Shown here: positions 8,366-14,241 of the stretch, in pieces
Layout of the letters: each line of letters starts with the position of its first letter
How positions within the stretch are numbered: position 1 is the stretch's first letter
Assembly (NCBI GenBank): GCA_008080745.1
Contig: SHMX01000013.1
Span: 1 to 14,974 of the forward strand
Length of the DNA: 14,974 nt
Source of the DNA: Candidatus Thorarchaeota archaeon
GTDB lineage: Archaea; Asgardarchaeota; Thorarchaeia; Thorarchaeales; Thorarchaeaceae
Direction: 5' to 3'
The notes under the pieces: generated by a model
Told to the model about the DNA's origin: nothing
What the model saw: the letters and a program-made list of their open reading frames with translations, nothing else
The model's database searches: none
Position numbers and translations under genes: made by a program

Positions 8366-10657
8366 ATCTCTCCCTTCCATAAGGGTTAGTAAAATCGTAA
8401 ATTCATAATCCTGTAATTTTGGATAGTCACGCTTCAGAAGCATTCTTTGAGCAAGTTGTCCGGGGTGTGTTTGCAGTGCCTGCACAACTCCGTTAACTTT
8501 CGATAGATTAGCAAAATGTTGAGCTCTTACTGCTGCCGCCAGTAATTTAGCAATTTTTTCAGCATGAAGGAAGGGGATTGATTCCTCTCGTAATGAGAGA
8601 GTTCTCATGAGAGAGCCATTAGCTGGAAAGTTCACTGCACCACCCTTCTCAGTAACATCGACCATTGCTAGTCCTGAAAATATCTTCACCCGTACCCCTA
8701 ACAATAGATGAAGGATAAGACCTTGCAAGAGAATTTTTGCAATACTATCAGAATTCAGGGTTCCCGAATCGGGATAGGTACTCATGAATACATAATTTCC
8801 AATCACATCGTTTGAGATACTGAAAGTTTCCCTCTTTGCTGTGCAGATTTGTTCCAATAATGTATCGATTTTTTCTGGAAACTGATCAAATGCACCATTT
8901 AAGAGCAATTTAGATGACTTAATAGGACTTCTATCGAGTTGTCTCAATTCTTTCTTGGCTAACTCCTCCATCGCCTCAGATTCTTCTATGGAAAAAGCCA
9001 TCTGAGGAATGAGAACGTACCCCCAACCTTTGTTTCCTCTAAGTATACCTTCCAGAAGACAGAGTTCACATACATTGACATTATCCAGACGTTTGGTCCC
9101 TATTCCCATAATCATGAACTTCTTGGTGCCAGAACCCACACCAGCAGCTATTGCGGTAGTTCCTGGAGCAGCGGAACCACATATTGGACAACGAATATTG
9201 CCATCCATACTTCCCATAGCCTTAGGTTTAGCATCTCTGTAGGTGAGATAGTATCTCTGAGCTAATTCATATGCATCAAACGAACAATTTGATGTGTTTT
9301 TTTGTGATGCGAGTTCTAGAAAGGGATGCTTTACATCCGCTAACAGGGTTGTCAGATATTGTCCAATTGAAATCTCTTTTATTGGATCAAACGATGGGTC
9401 TTTGAAAATTTCCTTCATTCGTTTAACAAGCACAAGATATCCTTTCAGAAAAGCATCGACCCCCTCCTCTACATTCATCGTCTTTATGGCACGATCTGCA
9501 AAGGTATTTGATTCCAGAGTTGAACTTGCCTGATCGATAAGTTCGGTCCAAGTGGTATAGCTCATCGGGAGACCAATTTCTCCAAAAGGAATTCCTAGTA
9601 ATTCAAGCTCGGTCTTTGCTAAATCTTCCAATGCACTGTTTTTCTTATCTTCATCTATTTCTATCGCGACAATATTGGACCGTAAAGCATTCTGTAAGGT
9701 TGACAGAAAGCGAACGAATATGGCTCGTTTCTGTTCATCATTTTTTCCCGAAAATCCCTTAACTTGGTTAGCTCCGAACTCAGCCAGAGTCTTCATTGAT
9801 GATAATGCAACAATACCCTCGTTGGCAATCATACCTCGATTGATTTGTAGAGCAGTTGCACTCTCAAGAAAACTAGGTTCCATCAATTTTTCAGCAAGTA
9901 ACTTTCTGATAAGACTCTCAGCATCAATAGATATTTTTTGAATGTCTAAATCACTTTTTCCAATCATTAAACATCCATCAGGATACATAGCGAGAGGAGT
10001 ATAATCTGATTCTTTGTAAGCGAGTTGTAATCCTTTATGAAGTAAATAGGTCAAAACACCACGAGTTATCTGAACTGAGTAGTATTCAAACTTAATACCA
10101 TGGTCGTTTCTCAATGTGTCAAAATCAGGTCGTTCCAATGACCGATATGCATCTCTAGGACTTGGACTCGAAGCAATCCAATCGGCACATTTGACTATGG
10201 TTCCCAAAAGAGAAATATAGGGAAGGTCCCCTCCTTCCACTTTTTCAGTTACTACCCGTGAAAGTGAAACAGCCTCCCCCACACCCAAATGAGTGTGCAC
10301 GATAACTGCATAGACTAATGCGTGGAAGCTATCCTCAAATTCACCAATCTCATCAAGTACTGAACTCACATCATCTCCACTAGGAAGGTGTGCAGGAGGT
10401 TTACTACCGGATGAAATAGCCTCCTGAAATTCCTTAGATTCCTTCCCGAGATCATGCAAATATCCAGCTATCTGAACAACGCCAACAAATTTTTCGGGCA
10501 AGTTAATATGGTCAATTATGGTTTTTGCTACACCTGAAACAGCACGCGAATGTGAAAGAAGGGTTTGTCCTCCAAATTTCTCAGACTTCGCAAGCAGTTT
10601 ATTCCAAGATCTATCTTTTGCCCAATTCTCTAGCTGGTTGAAACTTGTATGAGTCAT
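7979..10657 (-). CDS. cas10d: Type I-D large subunit Cas10d (Csc3) with N-terminal HD nuclease
   Basis: TLLSHS...LHDLGK...HTH...ADWIAS HD motifs, CPICG...CELC Zn finger, no GGDD, 892 aa. First gene of a csc2-csc1 operon. Confidence 0.92.
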   Translation of the reverse strand: MTHTSFNQLENWAKDRSWNKLLAKSEKFGGQTLLSHSRAVSGVAKTIIDHINLPEKFVGVVQIAGYLHDLGKESKEFQEAISSGSKPPAHLPSGDDVSSVLDEIGEFEDSFHALVYAVIVHTHLGVGEAVSLSRVVTEKVEGGDLPYISLLGTIVKCADWIASSPSPRDAYRSLERPDFDTLRNDHGIKFEYYSVQITRGVLTYLLHKGLQLAYKESDYTPLAMYPDGCLMIGKSDLDIQKISIDAESLIRKLLAEKLMEPSFLESATALQINRGMIANEGIVALSSMKTLAEFGANQVKGFSGKNDEQKRAIFVRFLSTLQNALRSNIVAIEIDEDKKNSALEDLAKTELELLGIPFGEIGLPMSYTTWTELIDQASSTLESNTFADRAIKTMNVEEGVDAFLKGYLVLVKRMKEIFKDPSFDPIKEISIGQYLTTLLADVKHPFLELASQKNTSNCSFDAYELAQRYYLTYRDAKPKAMGSMDGNIRCPICGSAAPGTTAIAAGVGSGTKKFMIMGIGTKRLDNVNVCELCLLEGILRGNKGWGYVLIPQMAFSIEESEAMEELAKKELRQLDRSPIKSSKLLLNGAFDQFPEKIDTLLEQICTAKRETFSISNDVIGNYVFMSTYPDSGTLNSDSIAKILLQGLILHLLLGVRVKIFSGLAMVDVTEKGGAVNFPANGSLMRTLSLREESIPFLHAEKIAKLLAAAVRAQHFANLSKVNGVVQALQTHPGQLAQRMLLKRDYPKLQDYEFTILLTLMEGRDMTTIADEIAGIMDEYYRPEKYGSSMHAILGPVNVLYNEFRRVKNLEDSSIQAIAGKMHRQLQQLNRGDYHYAEAAAPIMELCKNIADELEGLSPREQKNFLEDLRYSVYLLRLISINERIKAKKEESK

Positions 10658-10680
10658 TACAATTTCATGGTAACCCCATA

Positions 10681-10687
10681 ATATAAA
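10681..10687 (-). promoter_or_regulatory. Archaeal TATA box for the cas10d operon (likely leaderless mRNA)
   Basis: TTTATAT ends about 24 nt before ATG 10657; no SD upstream of cas10d. Confidence 0.55.
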
Positions 10688-10759
10688 TGTATCGAGCCAT
10701 AGGTATATTATGAATTCCTATGTTTACTTTTCAGACCGATTTAAGTAAACTTCGGAATG

Positions 10760-12205
10760 TTAGACTCCCAATTTCTTGATGTCTTCACGCTTCAAAGATT
10801 TAGAGAGATGTAAAAGGCGCTTTTTCGAAGTGTCAGCCTCTTTATTAATTCGAAATACATAGTTCGAACTTGTCTTACTGTGCTGCTGAATAGACACAAG
10901 ACCGATTCGCTCCAATTCCAGAATAAGTTGACCTGGTGAGGGGTATAATAGGTTCTTCTTTACCCGATCTTTAATTCCAAAAAACTGCTCTACTCGTTTA
11001 CACCCCTTTACGATTTGACGGGCATTACGAGCACCCCGTCGGCTTTCCACAATGAATTTCACCGAGGGGTCATCCTCATGAACATACGAATCTCTAAGAT
11101 ATGCAACAGCTAAATAGTCAAATACTGTAGAAAGAGGGGGTTTCAGAGGATATACATTGGTGGAATTTAGAGTCCGTTTAGTGAGAGTGGATAGATCCGA
11201 CCGTATAGGTTCAGAACATTCAACAAGTTTCAAGACTGAATTGAAGGGGAGGGTTTTGATCAAACTGGCAAATTGTCGAGTCACATCTTTTGTCATGGAT
11301 AGCAAATCAAACCATTGTGATACAACTTCAAACACTTTACGCTCATAAGAATGTGGGAGAATGTGAGGTGAAATTTTATCTGAATAGAGATAGTGTCGCG
11401 GATTATAATTAATAAGAAGACATTCGGATATTTGCTTTAGTTCTGTTGGGTTTTCGGTATGTTGTCGTAAAGTATTCCATAATGAAGGAATCATAATCCG
11501 ATGAGCTTGAGCATATGAGATACTATCAAGTATCCTGTCAAGGAAAAGTCGAGTCGCCGAAGGTAATGTTTCAACACGAATGACACCCGAATCAACCCTA
11601 CATCGCGCATTATATTTTTGATAGGCAAATTTTACTCCAGAAGTCGGATTTTTCACTTTTAGAATCTGACTCTCAAATATATCTGAAAAAGAAGCATCTA
11701 TGGACGAATCCATGAGTAATGCCTTTTCAATGTCTGATCTATAAGATTTCAGTCTTTTACGAAATGTATTTTCAGCTGTTTGAGATAGAGTATTACCAGT
11801 CATTTTAGATAAGGGAACTAATTTCATTCTATATTCGATTAGACAGGCTGGAAACAGTCGAACTTCATCAGTTACATCAATAAGAGAATCTTTGTAACTT
11901 GTCTGATAGGCACAACGAGCCACCATAGGAATAGGAGGACGATGTGTCATACAATAATCGGTTTCAAGTCTAAAATGGTGTAATGAGAGAGGTAGGTTTC
12001 TACCGGATACTACCCATCGTAGTTTTGCTATACCATTGATGAAAGGAAGATCAGGAGATTTCGAGGGCTCTTTTAGGCATTGTTTGAAAATAGTGCGGGT
12101 TAAATTTGACGAACATAGAAATCGTAAAGAATTTCGCAAGGTGGATGTGTCAGTTATCATTTCAGGAAATGGCAAATACGAACTTAGTACAAGCATTCGA
12201 AGCAA
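10760..12205 (-). CDS. Hypothetical basic protein, possible C-terminal winged helix; likely start TTG 12205 (ORF track start GTG 12232)
   Basis: Long ORF (481 aa from 12205). SD-like GAGGGGG precedes TTG 12205, one nt after the upstream stop. C-terminal PSPGQLILELERIGLVSIQ...NYVFRIN looks helix-plus-wing-like. No catalytic motif recognised. Confidence 0.7.
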   Translation of the reverse strand: MLRMLVLSSYLPFPEMITDTSTLRNSLRFLCSSNLTRTIFKQCLKEPSKSPDLPFINGIAKLRWVVSGRNLPLSLHHFRLETDYCMTHRPPIPMVARCAYQTSYKDSLIDVTDEVRLFPACLIEYRMKLVPLSKMTGNTLSQTAENTFRKRLKSYRSDIEKALLMDSSIDASFSDIFESQILKVKNPTSGVKFAYQKYNARCRVDSGVIRVETLPSATRLFLDRILDSISYAQAHRIMIPSLWNTLRQHTENPTELKQISECLLINYNPRHYLYSDKISPHILPHSYERKVFEVVSQWFDLLSMTKDVTRQFASLIKTLPFNSVLKLVECSEPIRSDLSTLTKRTLNSTNVYPLKPPLSTVFDYLAVAYLRDSYVHEDDPSVKFIVESRRGARNARQIVKGCKRVEQFFGIKDRVKKNLLYPSPGQLILELERIGLVSIQQHSKTSSNYVFRINKEADTSKKRLLHLSKSLKREDIKKLGV

Positions 12206-12206
12206 T

Positions 12207-13679
12207 TTAATCCCCCTCAAAGTCGTGTTCACTTATTAGCCATTCATTTGTACCAGGCTTCCATCGTTCCATAGGAAAACTCCAATTGGTAAAATGCTGA
12301 TGACTATATTGAAGTAGCCATCTTTCGTATCCCTCAAGAAGCCCATTAAGTGTGTTTGATACCTCTGCCAGATAACCTTCTGGCATGCGTAGAGTGAATA
12401 TCGTGTATCCATTATGGGTACGTTGAGCATATATTTCAGGTAGGCAAGATAGAGCTCTTGAGAGTTTTTCATGTTTTGATGAATTTATGTGTGCAACCAT
12501 AATAATACTCTCTGGAGCAAAAAGGGGATTAGGAAGTATTCTATTCCAAATGATACCCCGATTCTGAAGCTCATTAAGCCTTCTTCTAATGAAATTATAA
12601 TCTTTACCTACTTCTTCGCGAACGGTCCGAACAGTCAATGGCCCTCTCTCAAAAAGAAGACGGATCATCTTTACATCCAAGTTAGTAATCTCAAATCCTG
12701 AAAGAAAAAGATCGGGAACTTGGGACTCTAGTGGGATATGTTCTTCTTCAAAACCATGACGGATAGAAGTACCATAATATGCAGGAGGAATATTCCATGA
12801 TGTGCCAGAAAATCTATCGTAGTTGTAATTCATCCAGGAACGATTGGGATTCCGCTCAAAGACTCTTACATCTGTAACGTGTTTTTTACTCAGTATCAAG
12901 TCTCGCCAATCGTCTATTTCTGATCCGGATCTCCAAGATATAGGGACTATCAGATTTACAAGTATGAAACGATTTCCAAACTTGCAATCATATATGCTAT
13001 GAACCCAAGGATTTGGATGACCTACTTGGATAGGCAAGGGGGCATCTAGATTATCCATCTCAATTAAAACAATGGATACTTTTAGATTTAATGCCCGATA
13101 GGAAAATCGAATCGCTTCATATAGAATCTTTCTTGAGCATAGCTCCTGGAGCTTTCTCGAAACATAACCTTTTGTAGTTCCAATCAGCTCAGCCAATTTA
13201 CTGGGAGAAATGGTCTGTGTATAGATGGCTTTCTGAAAGATGTCCACCTCTCGGGATGTGAGAACAGGCCGATATTGACTGCGAATTTTAAGAACCGTAG
13301 CGATAAAGTCATCACGAATAGAATCACTGGATATCTCCCTGAGCCTAAGAAAAGCTGATTTTAGTAAATGGAAACTCTCAGGGTGACTGAGGAGCATATC
13401 GTAGATTCGAGGAGGATCATAGATAAGATTTGACCCAGCGTAACTATGCTCGGTCTTAGACTGCCAGAACCAATCGAGTTCTACCAATTGATGATGAGGG
13501 ACTCCTAGTTTTAGCAGTAATTGTTTAGTCCTAAAACAAATAATATCCCAAACTATTGCATTATTTGCTAGATCCAGTTCCAATATCAGGTCCTTTATCG
13601 AGGTACTAATCTTTTCTCTATCATTCTTCTTACATTTTGCAGTACTGCATATCTGTTCAATGATAGTCTGAAGTTTCAT
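12207..13679 (-). CDS. Tandem wHTH / Lrp-AsnC-like transcriptional regulator with an extra N-terminal domain
   Basis: Two HTH units (LTSREVDIF...ISPSKLAELIGTTKGYVSRKLQEL and LDVKMIRLL...LTVRTVREEVGKDYNFIRRRLNELQNRGII), each followed by a ferredoxin/RAM-like alternation of hydrophobic strands. Confidence 0.7.
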   Translation of the reverse strand: MKLQTIIEQICSTAKCKKNDREKISTSIKDLILELDLANNAIVWDIICFRTKQLLLKLGVPHHQLVELDWFWQSKTEHSYAGSNLIYDPPRIYDMLLSHPESFHLLKSAFLRLREISSDSIRDDFIATVLKIRSQYRPVLTSREVDIFQKAIYTQTISPSKLAELIGTTKGYVSRKLQELCSRKILYEAIRFSYRALNLKVSIVLIEMDNLDAPLPIQVGHPNPWVHSIYDCKFGNRFILVNLIVPISWRSGSEIDDWRDLILSKKHVTDVRVFERNPNRSWMNYNYDRFSGTSWNIPPAYYGTSIRHGFEEEHIPLESQVPDLFLSGFEITNLDVKMIRLLFERGPLTVRTVREEVGKDYNFIRRRLNELQNRGIIWNRILPNPLFAPESIIMVAHINSSKHEKLSRALSCLPEIYAQRTHNGYTIFTLRMPEGYLAEVSNTLNGLLEGYERWLLQYSHQHFTNWSFPMERWKPGTNEWLISEHDFEGD

Positions 13680-13704
13680 CCCGTCTTTAAAGTATCATTT
13701 CCCC

Positions 13705-13711
13705 TATAAAA
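13705..13711 (-). promoter_or_regulatory. TATA-like box for the wHTH gene (likely leaderless)
   Basis: TTTTATA ends about 26 nt before ATG 13679. Confidence 0.45.
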
Positions 13712-13747
13712 TAATAATCCCCCAACCAGATTACGAGTTTTAGAAGT

Positions 13748-13813
13748 TTATATGGCCTTTATTTTGCTGTTAGAAGATAAATAACGCCTTTCTTTCCTGT
13801 CCAATTTGGTCAT
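13748..13813 (-). CDS. Putative 21-aa basic mini-ORF MTKLDRKERRYLSSNSKIKAI
   Basis: SD GGAGGTGG (13829-13822), 8 nt, then ATG; ends at TAA 13750-13748. Not in the ORF track because of its length. Confidence 0.4.
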   Translation of the reverse strand: MTKLDRKERRYLSSNSKIKAI

Positions 13814-13852
13814 CCAATTGTCCACCTCCTAGGGTCTCAGAGGTGATAAAGA

Positions 13853-13900
13853 ATGCAACGCCCTCCTGATGACCCATTTCCAATACCCCCGTGGGATTGA
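13853..13900 (+). CDS. Putative 15-aa proline-rich mini-ORF MQRPPDDPFPIPPWD
   Basis: Near-perfect archaeal SD GAGGTGAT (13840-13847), 5 nt, then ATG; ends at TGA 13898-13900; 6 of 15 residues are Pro. Confidence 0.5.
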   Translation: MQRPPDDPFPIPPWD

Positions 13901-13927
13901 ATCAGTACTAAAAACAAAAGTGGCCAG

Positions 13928-14013
13928 AGACCTCGAATCAATCGAGGTCTTACCCTTAGACAGCATACAAGGGCATCCACGAACATATAATCGTGGCCCC
14001 TTTTTCTTTTTTT
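13928..14013 (+). terminator. Cluster of three hairpins followed by a T-tract (3' end of a putative small RNA)
   Basis: AGACCTCGA/TCGAGGTCT (13928-13950, 9 bp), CCCTT/AAGGG (13953-13973), CCACGA/TCGTGG (13977-13996), then TTTTTCTTTTTTT (14001-14013). Confidence 0.5.
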
Positions 14014-14185
14014 GGTTCTGTTAACGATATGATAAAACAGAAGAATCACATGTTTTGGTCTTTGGGTAATATTGCGGATGGATGAATAGTAACTTTTCGA
14101 GATACATCGCTTCTTCATTTCATTAGGATATACCTCTAAGATTTTTGTTTGATAATAACGGTAGTGCACCCTAAAACACTTCAAA

Positions 14186-14225
14186 CATTATTCTTTTCTA
14201 GTAAACCTAATCTAGAAAAATAATG
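14186..14225 (-). terminator. Hairpin downstream of the terminal repeat; candidate pre-crRNA terminator
   Basis: CATTATT(CT)TTTCTAG, 10-nt loop, CTAGAAAAATAATG: a 14-bp stem with a 2-nt bulge, 16 nt beyond the last repeat in the inferred transcription direction. Confidence 0.4.
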
Positions 14226-14241
14226 GGAAACAACAGAAATT

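Noticed and set aside
10760-12205. Tyrosine recombinase or Orc1/Cdc6 identity for the hypothetical protein (HHFR motif, C-terminal winged helix)
   Set aside because: HxxR is N-terminal rather than near a C-terminal catalytic Tyr, and there is no Walker A/B.
1091-12701. Short opposite-strand or alternate-frame ORFs within the cas and adjacent genes (e.g. 4189-4563, 3304-3543, 9009-9941, 12236-12701)
   Set aside because: They overlap well-supported longer genes and show no recognisable motifs; shadow ORFs.
13984-13993. CATATAATCG resembling the start of a purine riboswitch aptamer
   Set aside because: The rest of the aptamer core (UUUCUACC junction, P2/P3 loops) is absent.
13922-13998. 77-nt multi-stem segment as a possible tRNA
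   Set aside because: No 7-bp acceptor stem, no TTCG-type T-loop in position, no anticodon arm geometry.
13837-14184. 115-aa minus ORF, including an internal 49-aa version from ATG 13986 with a hydrophobic GLWPLLFLVLI stretch (type I toxin-like)
   Set aside because: TTG start without SD. The Gly-rich tail is simply the antisense of the Pro codons, and the internal start has only a weak, distant AGGGG. Not excluded, but unsupported.
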